Positions 53,721 through 62,274 of a stretch of 64,000 bases of DNA are shown in pieces. Below the pieces are notes generated by a model. The model was not told the origin of the DNA. It saw only the letters and a list, made by a program, of their open reading frames with translations, and did no database searches. Source of the stretch: a virus; IMG/VR virus record IMGVR_UViG_3300037483_001116, positions 1 through 64,000 of that record. One strand, given 5' to 3'. A program made the translations under genes and the position numbers. Position 1 is the first letter of the stretch; each line of letters begins with the position of its first letter.

Positions 53721-53803
53721 TGCCAGCGGAGGGATTCGAACCCCCAAGTCCCGAAGAAGGCGGATTTACAATCCGCTGAGCCATCCAATTGCTCAACGCT
53801 GGC
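53721..53803 (-). tRNA. tRNA-Tyr(GTA)
   Basis: Loop TTGTAAA; variable arm. Confidence 0.9.
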
Positions 53804-53813
53804 ATGCCTTATA

Positions 53814-54341
53814 TCACTCTTGATCCTTACGCCAATTGGTCTGACGCAAAACTTCCCAGCCCTCTTCGTCGAAAGGCTTGTCCCAAGCCCCATCGAGGCA
53901 GCAGGTAAAAGCATCGTCCAGTTCTTCCTGCGAACTGAACCAGCCGTCGTCCTCCTCCGTCACCCTGAAGCCGCCGCCGGTCACCAGCCACATGCTCGGC
54001 AGTGCATCACTATCGATGTCGTCCCACACGCCGCCGGCTACCGCCAGAGCAGCATCGTAAGCTGCCTGCCAGGCCTCGTGGGAAACCCGCGGGTCCTGGG
54101 CCGGCAACAGTCCCGGCTCATACCAGGCCGGCGCCAAGCTCACATGAGCCCAGCCGTGCCGGTACCGGAAGTAAAACACCCGGCCATCAACGAGCACGCC
54201 CCAATGCTGCACGGGGCACGCCCCGCCACCATGAGAAGTGGCCACCCGCGGGTCGCTGAGACTTGGAGCCTCGCCCGGCTCCAAGCGATGCAGTTCCTCA
54301 ATATCCTTGGGGAACCATTTGGGGATCTCGGCCATCGTCAT
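53814..54341 (-). CDS. hypothetical protein (ACP.Q.WG...DGR.FYFRYRHG motif)
   Basis: RBS GGAGG; 175 aa. Confidence 0.65.
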   Translation of the reverse strand: MTMAEIPKWFPKDIEELHRLEPGEAPSLSDPRVATSHGGGACPVQHWGVLVDGRVFYFRYRHGWAHVSLAPAWYEPGLLPAQDPRVSHEAWQAAYDAALAVAGGVWDDIDSDALPSMWLVTGGGFRVTEEDDGWFSSQEELDDAFTCCLDGAWDKPFDEEGWEVLRQTNWRKDQE

Positions 54342-54608
54342 CCTCCACGAAAAGTGCTGGGAGCTAGAATCGATCCGGAGGGGGTTCCAATGGCCCAGAC
54401 CCCAGCAAGGTATCTACGAATAGATCCGCACGTCCAAGAGAATGGACCGATCAAACGATTCAGGCACGATGACGATCGGCCCTAGCCGATGGCTTTCATG
54501 CGTGGCCGCCGCATAGTGGCGCCAAAGCCCAACCTCCTGCTCCAGCTCGGTCACCCTCTGCCGCAGCTCGACCTTCGTCATAATCTCCTCCGTGGGCTTG
54601 AAGAATGT

Positions 54609-54735
54609 TGGCTGACGGCGGGAATCGAACCCGCATAGATGTCATCTCGCACGAGGCATCGTTACCGGGCTCAGGGATCCTGCGTGCGCAGTCAAACCCC
54701 TTCCTCCGGCTCCAGGCCGCCTGGGACCATCAGCC
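54609..54735 (-). ncRNA. tRNA(Sec)-like scaffold with the anticodon loop replaced by a hairpin insert
   Basis: 8-bp acceptor GGCTGATG/CGTCAGCC, T-arm GCGGG-TTCGATT-CCCGC, long variable arm. Confidence 0.6.
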
Positions 54736-54743
54736 AACAATCG

Positions 54744-54816
54744 GGTAACTGGAGGGGGACGATCCCTCTACCTCCCGGGCCACAACCGAGCGCTCTGCCG
54801 TTGAGCTACAGCTACC
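54744..54816 (-). tRNA. tRNA-His(GTG), G-1 encoded
   Basis: Loop TTGTGGC; G-1:C73 pair. Confidence 0.85.
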
Positions 54817-54947
54817 ATCACGACCTGCTATGGCCTGGAAAAGCCACTGCACCTCCGGTCGCCCGAGGTGCGGCTCCGCAGCCGGAAACACGGAATACAG
54901 GTCGGCCGATTACATATGACCCTTCTCCACCGCCAGCTGTCGCCATG

Positions 54948-55021
54948 TACCCGCAGAAGGACTTGAACCTCCGGCCACCGGTGTGTGGAACCGGCGCTCT
55001 ACCAAGCTGAGCTATACGGGC
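54948..55021 (-). tRNA. tRNA-Val(CAC)
   Basis: Loop TCCACAC. Confidence 0.85.
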
Positions 55022-55029
55022 AAACCTTT

Positions 55030-55275
55030 TCAAAGCAGTTTGATCTGCTGAAAAACCATCCCCTCCGAGTTCTCGCGGCCCAGGTGAACCGTCTCCCCCT
55101 TGGCTTGACGCTCCATGAGGTAGTCGTAGAGCTGGATGGCCCTGTTCACGGAATCGGTCTTGCTGTCCCGCGTGAGGGCCGCGACATGGTCGAGGGCCTC
55201 GGCTGCCTTGGGGATCAGGTTGACGGTCAGTCTGGTCAGCTTGCTGTCGCCCTCGGGGCGCTCATCCGTTGTCAT
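55030..55275 (-). CDS. ribbon-helix-helix DNA-binding protein
   Basis: RLTVNLIPKAAEAL...SKTDSVNRAIQLY. Confidence 0.7.
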   Translation of the reverse strand: MTTDERPEGDSKLTRLTVNLIPKAAEALDHVAALTRDSKTDSVNRAIQLYDYLMERQAKGETVHLGRENSEGMVFQQIKLL

Positions 55276-55354
55276 GAGGCAAGTGTACATACGTCATGCG
55301 CCCGACGTCAAGTCAACGTGCACCGAGTGTGGATCGAACCCGAAATGCTGCAGA

Positions 55355-55431
55355 TGGTGGGGCGGACGGGACTCGAACCCGTGACCGGGCGATTATGAGT
55401 CGCAGGCTCTAACCAGCTGAGCTACCGCCCC
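55355..55431 (-). tRNA. tRNA-Met/Ile2(CAT), CCA encoded
   Basis: Loop CTCATAA. Confidence 0.9.
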
Positions 55432-55461
55432 AAACTGAACCCGAGACATTGACGCGTATCG

Positions 55462-55536
55462 CTCCCGCGGGTGGACTCGAACCACCAACCGACGCCTTAA
55501 CAGGGCGTTGCTAACTACCAATTGAGCTACGCGGGA
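55462..55536 (-). tRNA. tRNA-Asn(GTT)
   Basis: Loop CTGTTAA. Confidence 0.9.
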
Positions 55537-55975
55537 ATGCTCCCCGTTTCCAGCCCGGAGGGGCTTTGACAAGGTCGTGATATTCAGTCCTCCCTGCCAC
55601 GTACATGGCCTTGGCAAACTTGCAGTCTCTGCAGCGACACTTCGCCGTTAAGTAGCTATGCACTGTTCCGCATACCGGGTCTATACGATTGTGGCCACCT
55701 CCCGTTTCACCGTTTTCTTTGGTCTTTTTACGATGACACCAGCAACAGAGAAGATCGCATTTTTCTAATTCCGCCAGAATCTTGTCCCAAGGGCCGTCGA
55801 GTCCGTACCCAGAAAGAATGAAGTCCTTTGTTTCTGGGTCCCGGTGATCGAACTCCAGCTCCCGGTCTTTGCCGCACCTAACGCACCGGCCGCCCGCAAT
55901 CCGTAAGACTTCTTCTCGTCGCTTTGCTCGACGTGCGGCCATGTACTTGCGCATGTATTCGTTGCCGTTTGCCAC
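55511..55975 (-). CDS. HNH endonuclease
   Basis: GGRCVRCG..LEFDHRDP...KCDLLCCWCH. Confidence 0.88.
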   Translation of the reverse strand: MANGNEYMRKYMAARRAKRREEVLRIAGGRCVRCGKDRELEFDHRDPETKDFILSGYGLDGPWDKILAELEKCDLLCCWCHRKKTKENGETGGGHNRIDPVCGTVHSYLTAKCRCRDCKFAKAMYVAGRTEYHDLVKAPPGWKRGAFPRSSIGS

Positions 55976-56071
55976 CTGGGCACACTAACACAGCTAGCAG
56001 AAGGATTTAATGGGGGCAGCGGTAGGCGCCGCCACCCCCGATTCCAGCCGGCCTTCAAAGCAGCTGGAGCG

Positions 56072-56144
56072 TAGTCCCAACGGGATTCGAACCCGTGCCG
56101 CCGGTGTGAAAGACCAGAATCCTAGACCGCTAGACGATGGGACC
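56072..56144 (-). tRNA. tRNA-Glu(TTC)
   Basis: Loop CTTTCAC. Confidence 0.9.
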
Positions 56145-56237
56145 TTACAGTCCAAGGCGTAGCCGCCGATGGGACCGCCTCACGGCGTCGATCGGGTTGT
56201 CGGCTACCTCCGACACATACGTTGATCCTTGGACTTG

Positions 56238-56311
56238 TACCCGCACTCAGATTTGAACTGAGAACCTTTCGCATGTCAAACGAATGCTCCGCCAGATTGA
56301 GCTATACGGGC
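56238..56311 (-). tRNA. tRNA-Val(GAC)
   Basis: Loop TTGACAT. Confidence 0.9.
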
Positions 56312-56748
56312 TTGCCTTTGCTCCGCTTTGCTGCGCTGAATTCCCTGTTGTACTTGCGGGCGGCTTCTCGACAAAGCTCGCAGGGGCAATTACGCCTCCC
56401 CTTGACGCCCCCTCCGTGGGGAACGCTTCTCTCGTGAGAAGTCTTAACATCGTGATGCTCTTCGCAAAGGACCTGGCACTTGACCAATTCGGCGAAGAGT
56501 TTCTTGTCGCTGGCTAAAATTACCTTCGAGATGTTGATGCTTTTCTTGGAGCGATCGATGTGATCAATCTCCAGGTCTTCCAGGGCCCCACACTTTACGC
56601 AAGCGCCGCCAAGAAAGTCGATGGCCATTTGCCTGCGTCGCGCGTACCTTTCGGCAAGATAGTTGCGCATATAGGTGTTGTAGCAGAGCCGACATTTACT
56701 GGAGTTGGGCACAGCTTCATCGACTTTACAGACATGACATAACCTCAT
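56302..56748 (-). CDS. HNH endonuclease
   Basis: GGACVKCG..LEIDHID...KCQVLCEEHH. Confidence 0.88.
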   Translation of the reverse strand: MRLCHVCKVDEAVPNSSKCRLCYNTYMRNYLAERYARRRQMAIDFLGGACVKCGALEDLEIDHIDRSKKSINISKVILASDKKLFAELVKCQVLCEEHHDVKTSHERSVPHGGGVKGRRNCPCELCREAARKYNREFSAAKRSKGKPV

Positions 56749-56774
56749 GAGGTTAAGGTTACACCGTGCTTACG

Positions 56775-56852
56775 TGGTGGCGGGGGGAGGATTTGAACCT
56801 CCGGCTTCCGACTTATGAGGACGGCGGGCTGTCCTAGCTGCCCTACCCCGCT
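56775..56852 (-). tRNA. tRNA-Met(CAT), initiator-like
   Basis: Loop CTCATAA; A1:C72 mismatch; CCA encoded. Confidence 0.85.
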
Positions 56853-56911
56853 ACGGGTTGCTGCTTGTGATGCTACAGCTAGCCTACCTCAAGCGGGAGA
56901 CTGGCCGCAAG

Positions 56912-56987
56912 TGCTCCGGGATGGATTCGAACCATCGATGCACATCGATTAAAAGTCGAGGCCAATTGACCGCTCTGGCACCGGAGC
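56912..56987 (-). tRNA. tRNA-Lys(TTT)
   Basis: Loop CTTTTAA. Confidence 0.85.
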
Positions 56988-57003
56988 ATGTTCCATGGGT
57001 GCG

Positions 57004-57076
57004 TCCCCCCGGCACGATTCGAACGTGCAACCATCGGAGTAGAAATCCGGCGCTCTATCCGTTGAGCTACGAGGGG
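57004..57076 (-). tRNA. tRNA-Arg(TCT)
   Basis: Loop TTTCTAC. Confidence 0.88.
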
Positions 57077-57405
57077 CGGTGGATCATATCGCTGACTGGA
57101 AGCCGGCGACAATGCCGTTGGATTCATCGTCCTCGGCCATGACCCGTTTGAGGCTACTTGCCAGGACCGGATTGTCCACCGCGGTCAGCAGCTCGGCGAG
57201 GCTGTATTCGGATAAGTCGGCCAGGCCCTCGGTGTCGTCGCGTTCCTTGTTGCTTGCCACTGCAGCTCCCCTTTTTTTGATGCCGGTAATGCCCTTCAGG
57301 AACCCCTACCCCCGGCTCTCTGCTCGGACTTTCACCGAAGAGTACATCCCCTCTGACCTTGCGGCCGTGGGACTGTTCCGGGAGTGCGAGGGTTCCTGAA
57401 GGTCG

Positions 57406-57477
57406 TGTCCTGTATGGGAATCGAACCCATGACTCAAGGCTTTAGAGGCCTTCTCTCTGCCACTGAGCTAACAGGAC
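57406..57477 (-). tRNA. amber-suppressor tRNA (anticodon CTA)
   Basis: Canonical cloverleaf; AAGGC-CTCTAAA-GCCTT. Confidence 0.88.
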
Positions 57478-57704
57478 TAGCTGCGGTCGACCACTGTGCC
57501 GTTGCCGACCTGCCGACCGCTACTCGGCTTCCCGTGGACTGTGATCGTTGCCGCGTCCCAGTCCCTCTGGTCGTATTGCTTGTGGGCTGTTACTTCTACT
57601 CGGGAGGTGGGCTCCATGTCCACGCACTGGTCGACGAGCCACCGCAAATCAGCCAAGGTAATGGGCTCAGATACGGTGATTTTATTGACGATTTCTCTGG
57701 CCAT
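57477..57704 (-). CDS. hypothetical protein starting at the tRNA-Lys 3' end
   Basis: MAREIVNKITVSEPITLADLRWLV... Confidence 0.55.
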   Translation of the reverse strand: MAREIVNKITVSEPITLADLRWLVDQCVDMEPTSRVEVTAHKQYDQRDWDAATITVHGKPSSGRQVGNGTVVDRS

Positions 57705-57705
57705 G

Positions 57706-57778
57706 TGCTCCCGGTCCGATTTGAACGGACGTCCATGGATTAAGAATCCACCGCTCAACCAGACTGAGCTACGGGAGC
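57706..57778 (-). tRNA. tRNA-Lys(CTT)
   Basis: Loop TTCTTAA. Confidence 0.9.
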
Positions 57779-58017
57779 ATGGTGATGTTATTCCACGAAA
57801 ACAATGTCGATATCCTTTGACGCTATGCCCTTCACGCCTAGGGTGGCGACGTTTGACAGGCGTTCCTGTATGTAGGCGTCCCTGGCCTCCTGCCAGGTGT
57901 CGTACCGGATCGGACTCCAGTGGGGGAACCTGAACCATATTGGTTCGGGAACGAAGTACCTTTTCGTTACGTAGTAGCCGGGCATTGTCGTCACCTCCTA
58001 TTGATCTTTTTTCTACG

Positions 58018-58098
58018 CGGAGGGTGGAGGTATCGATCCCCCAGGTTTTACCCTGGCACGACTTTCAAAGCCGCTTTGCCGCCTCGGCGCCATCCTCC
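58018..58098 (-). tRNA. tRNA-Ser(TGA)
   Basis: Loop TTTGAAA; long variable arm. Confidence 0.75.
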
Positions 58099-58377
58099 AT
58101 GTGTGTCGCCGCCCAGGCCACTTGATTCAAAGTCTTCGTCAGGTGCGACAGAGATTCGAATGCGGTGCCCCACGGATTTTCGCCTGGGTCCCCGTCTGGC
58201 AGCAAGGCCAGGATCACGTCCATGTCGATGTGGCCGTCCGCGGTACGGGGCGGCCAGCCGGCTAGTTCCGTTTCTAACTCTGGCTCGCAGGAGCCAGGTG
58301 TTTCCCAGGGCAATGCCTCGGGCCATCCTGGATGAGAACTAAGCATTGATCGATTTTACTCTGCTTAGACCCCTACG

Positions 58378-58466
58378 CGGTGACTAGCGGAATCGAACCG
58401 CTGCAACGTTTATAAGCGTTGTACATTCTTTCCAGGAATGCCCCTCGAACCAACCGGACAGTCACC
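58378..58466 (-). tRNA. tRNA-Ser(GGA)
   Basis: Loop CTGGAAA; long variable arm. Confidence 0.8.
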
Positions 58467-58615
58467 TCATCTGTAATGCCATCCGAACCCCTCGGGGCAT
58501 TCGGCTGCGGTCTTACCTTGTGCTGCGGCTTTGGCCTGGGCGTCGGCTGGATTCCGGTAGCCCACCATTTGGCACTGGGGGCACCAGAAACGGGCCTTGT
58601 TCCGTTTCACCCTGG

Positions 58616-59122
58616 TCACGCGGCGGGCCCACGACTTACGAAGAGGCGGCGGTAGACGGTTTCACTGACCACTGCGACCGGATACTCCGTCATTGTGATC
58701 ATTGCATCTACCTGCATGACCTGCCGGCCGAACTGGCCGGTGGCCTCAATGAGAGAGACCTTGCGGTTGTACCGCCTGGCGCCCAGCTGATTGAGGATGA
58801 GACCCAGCGGCATTGTCCTGGCGTCAAGCGCAGCCCTGGCGTCTTCCGTCAGCCGCTCAGTGGCCACCACTGAGCACACATCCGCAATCACCTGGTGCCG
58901 TCTGACTTGAAGCCGGCCGCAGCGGTACAGCACATCGCTGCCGGCCTCGACCTCCAGGGCCGCCGCATACTCTACGGTGGCCGACAGATACTCGTGACGG
59001 GTGGACACATAATCCACATTAGTCCGCAGCCAATGGGCTGCCGTGCCGGTGAAAGTCTCGGCGTCGCGAAGTTGAGCCGTAAACGACTCTATTTCCTGTT
59101 CCAGTTCCTTGGATCTGGTCAC
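58616..59122 (-). CDS. chorismate-lyase/UTRA-fold-like protein
   Basis: VLYR.G.L...ADVCSVV..ERL...MPLGLIL pattern. Confidence 0.5.
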   Translation of the reverse strand: MTRSKELEQEIESFTAQLRDAETFTGTAAHWLRTNVDYVSTRHEYLSATVEYAAALEVEAGSDVLYRCGRLQVRRHQVIADVCSVVATERLTEDARAALDARTMPLGLILNQLGARRYNRKVSLIEATGQFGRQVMQVDAMITMTEYPVAVVSETVYRRLFVSRGPAA

Positions 59123-59123
59123 G

Positions 59124-59206
59124 CGGTAGGCCCGGGTCTCGAACCCGGAACGGGGTTAACCGCACACGTTTTCGAAACGTGCTCCTCACCAATTCGGATG
59201 CCTACC
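59124..59206 (-). tRNA. tRNA-Ser(CGA)
   Basis: Loop TTCGAAA; variable arm. Confidence 0.85.
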
Positions 59207-59327
59207 ATGGGTTGGCGCCAGGACCCGAACCTGGCCTTTCTGGCCCGAGGCCGGGCGTGCTGACAGCCGTCTCACCGGGCTTGATGCCGGATAGATCAGG
59301 CTGCCGTTCCCCCTACACTATGCAACG

Positions 59328-59401
59328 TCTGGGTGGCCGGAATTGAACCGACGACCTCCTCGTCCCGAACGAGGCGTTCCACCAAGCTGAACTACACCCA
59401 G
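59328..59401 (-). tRNA. tRNA-Pro(CGG)
   Basis: Loop TTCGGGA. Confidence 0.9.
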
Positions 59402-59417
59402 AAGACCTTTGTTTGCG

Positions 59418-59493
59418 TCGGGACGGAGGGATTTGAACCCCCGAATCTCCAGACCCCCAGTCTGGCGCGTTGACCAAGCTACGCTACGTCCCG
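59418..59493 (-). tRNA. tRNA-Pro(GGG)
   Basis: Loop CTGGGGG. Confidence 0.9.
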
Positions 59494-60050
59494 ATGTCTT
59501 TGTGTGTACGATAGGTGCAAATTTTCCAGGCCGTTGTGCGATGCACCTGGAACTGAGCACCTATTTCGTCAAAACTGCTGCCACCAGAAAAGGCTTTCCT
59601 GATCTCTAGAACCCGTTCAGGGGTCAAATGATTACCGGTACCTTTGGGGCTTCTGTACTTTGCCGCGTACGTTTTTTGGGCGGCGCTACATGCGTCACAC
59701 CGGCAGTTCCAGGGCGCCCTATAGCCAGTAGGGGTCCCGTGGGGAAGGACAAGAATTTTGTTGTGGGCGCCGCCGGTTTCTTTATTTTCTTTACTTTTTC
59801 GGCGGTGACATTTTTCGCAGAGCAGTTGGCACTTGTCCAATTCACTAACCATGACTTGCCAGCGCCTATTGTAATTTGCGGCAATGGTAAACGACTTGGA
59901 CTTGGGGTCAATGTGATCAAATTGAAGGCTCTTTTGAGAACCGCATCTGTTGCAGAGATTACCAAGGTAATCTCTGCAACGCTGCCTTCGTCTCGCAACC
60001 CATTTTTTGTCGTATTCGCGGCGCCATCTACGTAATTCAGCCTTGTCCAT
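59484..60050 (-). CDS. HNH endonuclease with C-terminal HTH
   Basis: CNRCGS..LQFDHIDP...KCQLLCEKCH; low GC. Confidence 0.88.
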   Translation of the reverse strand: MDKAELRRWRREYDKKWVARRRQRCRDYLGNLCNRCGSQKSLQFDHIDPKSKSFTIAANYNRRWQVMVSELDKCQLLCEKCHRRKSKENKETGGAHNKILVLPHGTPTGYRAPWNCRCDACSAAQKTYAAKYRSPKGTGNHLTPERVLEIRKAFSGGSSFDEIGAQFQVHRTTAWKICTYRTHKDIGT

Positions 60051-60091
60051 GACGCTATCGTAGTGCCCGCTCTAACCGTAGCGCAACGGCG

Positions 60092-60163
60092 CGCCCCCAC
60101 AAGGAGTCGAACCTTGATCTGAATCTCCGTAGGATTCCGTCATATCCGTTGGACCATGGGGGC
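60092..60163 (-). tRNA. tRNA-Arg(ACG)
   Basis: Loop CTACGGA. Confidence 0.9.
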
Positions 60164-60255
60164 TTAACTGTGGGACCCGCGCCGGGCCCCACTTCCCTCC
60201 ACCGCACCATGGCGGCAGCCGCTTGATAGTGGAGGAGGCCTCGTCGGCCCGGCGG

Positions 60256-60330
60256 TAGGAACGGGAAGAATCGAACTTCCGACCTCCGAGTTATCAGCTC
60301 GGCGCTAACTAACCACTGAGCTACGCTCCC
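60256..60330 (-). tRNA. tRNA-Ile(GAT)
   Basis: Loop CTGATAA. Confidence 0.9.
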
Positions 60331-60422
60331 AGGTGCCCGGAAGATGGCCCTCTCCCGGGACTTTTCGTCGACCGAACAATCGCTTCAAGGCGGCCTCTTC
60401 GTCGACTTCAATGCGCATTGCG

Positions 60423-60511
60423 CAGAGGCATAGGGATTCGGACCCTAGGGACACCTGACGATGTCCACTGGCTTAGCAGGCCAGCCCGTTAGACCACTCC
60501 GGCATGCCTCT
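60423..60511 (-). tRNA. tRNA-Ser(GCT)
   Basis: Loop CTGCTAA; long variable arm. Confidence 0.85.
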
Positions 60512-60578
60512 AGGCGCCGGGGCCACCCTCCCCCGCTGGGGCTCTATGCCTGCCCTAGGCTTCCCCCACCGAGGGAAG

Positions 60579-60653
60579 CGGTCCGTAGGGAATTCGAATC
60601 CCTGGTCCCCGCCGTGACAAGGCGGTGCTTTAACCTGGCTAAGCTAACGGACC
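60579..60653 (-). tRNA. tRNA-Asp(GTC)
   Basis: Loop TTGTCAC. Confidence 0.9.
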
Positions 60654-60660
60654 TTGCTCA

Positions 60661-61041
60661 TTACTTTGGATCAATATACAGGGATGTCACCGGATCCCAG
60701 ACCAGTTCCGCGTGGACCCGGTTCAGGTCCGCGGTAGCGTCTGGCGTTCCTTCCGGAACACAGACCCAGCCTTGGCCTGGGACGAGGATCGAGTACCAGC
60801 CTCTCTGTTCGGCTTCCCGCACCCCGGGCCACTCTCCACGCCAAACCTCCGGCGCACATTCATCGCAGCATTTGCCGGGGCCTTCTTCGGTTCCGTTGTC
60901 GTCCAGGCCGAAGAGGACATGCTGTAGGTGCTGTTCTCCGTCGACTATGCAACGGGCTACGTCGCAGCCGACCAGGTGCTGTTTGTTGACCCTGACGCCG
61001 CAGTCAGGGCAGTGAGGGCCGGCGACGGTCACAACCTTCAA
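60661..61041 (-). CDS. Cys-rich hypothetical protein
   Basis: CPDCG..H..GCDVARC; RBS GGAGG. Confidence 0.6.
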   Translation of the reverse strand: MKVVTVAGPHCPDCGVRVNKQHLVGCDVARCIVDGEQHLQHVLFGLDDNGTEEGPGKCCDECAPEVWRGEWPGVREAEQRGWYSILVPGQGWVCVPEGTPDATADLNRVHAELVWDPVTSLYIDPK

Positions 61042-61065
61042 GGTTCCTCCGGTAGGGAGATGAAG

Positions 61066-61141
61066 TGCCCTGACTGGGATTCGAACCCAGACTGTACCCT
61101 GTTTAAGAGGGCTCTCTAGCTGCCAGTTGGAGTACCAGGGC
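61066..61141 (-). tRNA. tRNA-Leu(TAA)
   Basis: Loop CTTAAAC; short variable arm. Confidence 0.8.
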
Positions 61142-61194
61142 TCTTCACTGGCACTGATCCTAGGCGCAGCTACGGCTCCTCTGTCAAGCCTCTG

Positions 61195-61268
61195 TGCCGG
61201 CGTAGGGATTCGAACCCTAAAACACCTGATTCTGAGTCAGGCCGCTTGAGCCGTCAGCGTGCGCCGGC
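61195..61268 (-). tRNA. tRNA-Leu(CAG)
   Basis: Loop CTCAGAA. Confidence 0.8.
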
Positions 61269-61487
61269 AGGCACCCCAGCCTTTCGGGTCCTCGACCATT
61301 GCCTCGCGAGTCTGGTCGAATTCCTTGGCCCCTGTGTCCTACGTCCGTCTGGGGTTACGGCTAGGGGTACGCGTGGTGAAGGGCGACCAGGGCTACTGTC
61401 AAGCATTCAGGCCCAGCCAGCCGGCCTGCTAATCCTGGTTCTTGATCCTCGCTGTCCGGACCCTTCACGTATCCGTGGAACCGGACG

Positions 61488-61671
61488 TGGACCTGGCGGG
61501 AATTGCACCCGCGCCAATGTAGACGGTGGGATAACGCGCTTCCCTCCCGGGGGTTGAGGTTCCCTTCCCTGTGGTCTTCTACACCACTGGCCCGGCGCCG
61601 GTGCCTCCGCAAACCCTGCCGTCGTGTCGCATCCTTCGTTTTATGCCGCTCTACTTCTGAGCTACAGGCCC
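61488..61671 (-). ncRNA. 184-nt tRNA-like RNA with Ala-type acceptor and a large central insert
   Basis: GGGCCTG/CAGGTCC-A (G3.U70), D-arm GCTC-AGAAGTA-GAGC, T-arm GCGGG-TGCAATT-CCCGC. Confidence 0.65.
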
Positions 61672-62192
61672 TTGTTCTTTATGCGCTCTCGCCCAAGGCG
61701 AAGACCATTGGGGTTATGCGGACTTAGTTTTTTGTCGCTGAAGTATCGACCCTGATGGATCGCATAGATTGCCCATTTTGTAACACCATATTCCTCTGCG
61801 AGCGAAACTGCGCTTCTTTGCTTAGACCTGAACAGGTGTACAATTTCTTCACCTTGGTCACGAGAAATTCGACGAGGTCGCGGATGCCATGAAGCAATCA
61901 CAGAATCTATCTGTTCCTGACGGCGAATGCCCATGAATGGCCTAAGCTGCTTCATAACATGAAGTGCCGGGTACCCTGTAACACTTACGCAGAAAGTATT
62001 TTTAAACCGCAGGTTACTCGGAACATATCTTTGGTATGAAGCGTCGAGCAATTTAGCTGCCCGAGAGACTACGTCTTCATCTGTCATTTGAAGACGAATG
62101 GCAATCTTATTTGGATCTGATGGGGGACCCTTGACGAAGGTCCCTTCACCTTCCAGGAGTCCCACTAGCCAGTAGAAATCAGAGTCTTTCAT
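61662..62192 (-). CDS. LAGLIDADG homing endonuclease with C-terminal HTH
   Basis: WLVGLLEGEGTF; IRLQMTDEDVV; low GC. Confidence 0.88.
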   Translation of the reverse strand: MKDSDFYWLVGLLEGEGTFVKGPPSDPNKIAIRLQMTDEDVVSRAAKLLDASYQRYVPSNLRFKNTFCVSVTGYPALHVMKQLRPFMGIRRQEQIDSVIASWHPRPRRISRDQGEEIVHLFRSKQRSAVSLAEEYGVTKWAIYAIHQGRYFSDKKLSPHNPNGLRLGRERIKNKGL

Positions 62193-62193
62193 G

Positions 62194-62266
62194 TGGAGCC
62201 TGCCCGACTCGAACGGGCCACCCCCGCCTTGCAAAGACGGTGCTCTACCAGATGAGCTAAGGCCCC
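62194..62266 (-). tRNA. tRNA-Ala(TGC)
   Basis: Loop TTTGCAA; G3.U70. Confidence 0.9.
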
Positions 62267-62274
62267 TTGAGGAA

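Noticed and set aside
57330-57365. FMN riboswitch (GGTGAAAGTCC)
   Set aside because: Only one T-loop motif is present, the other conserved FMN segments are missing, and there is no riboflavin gene.
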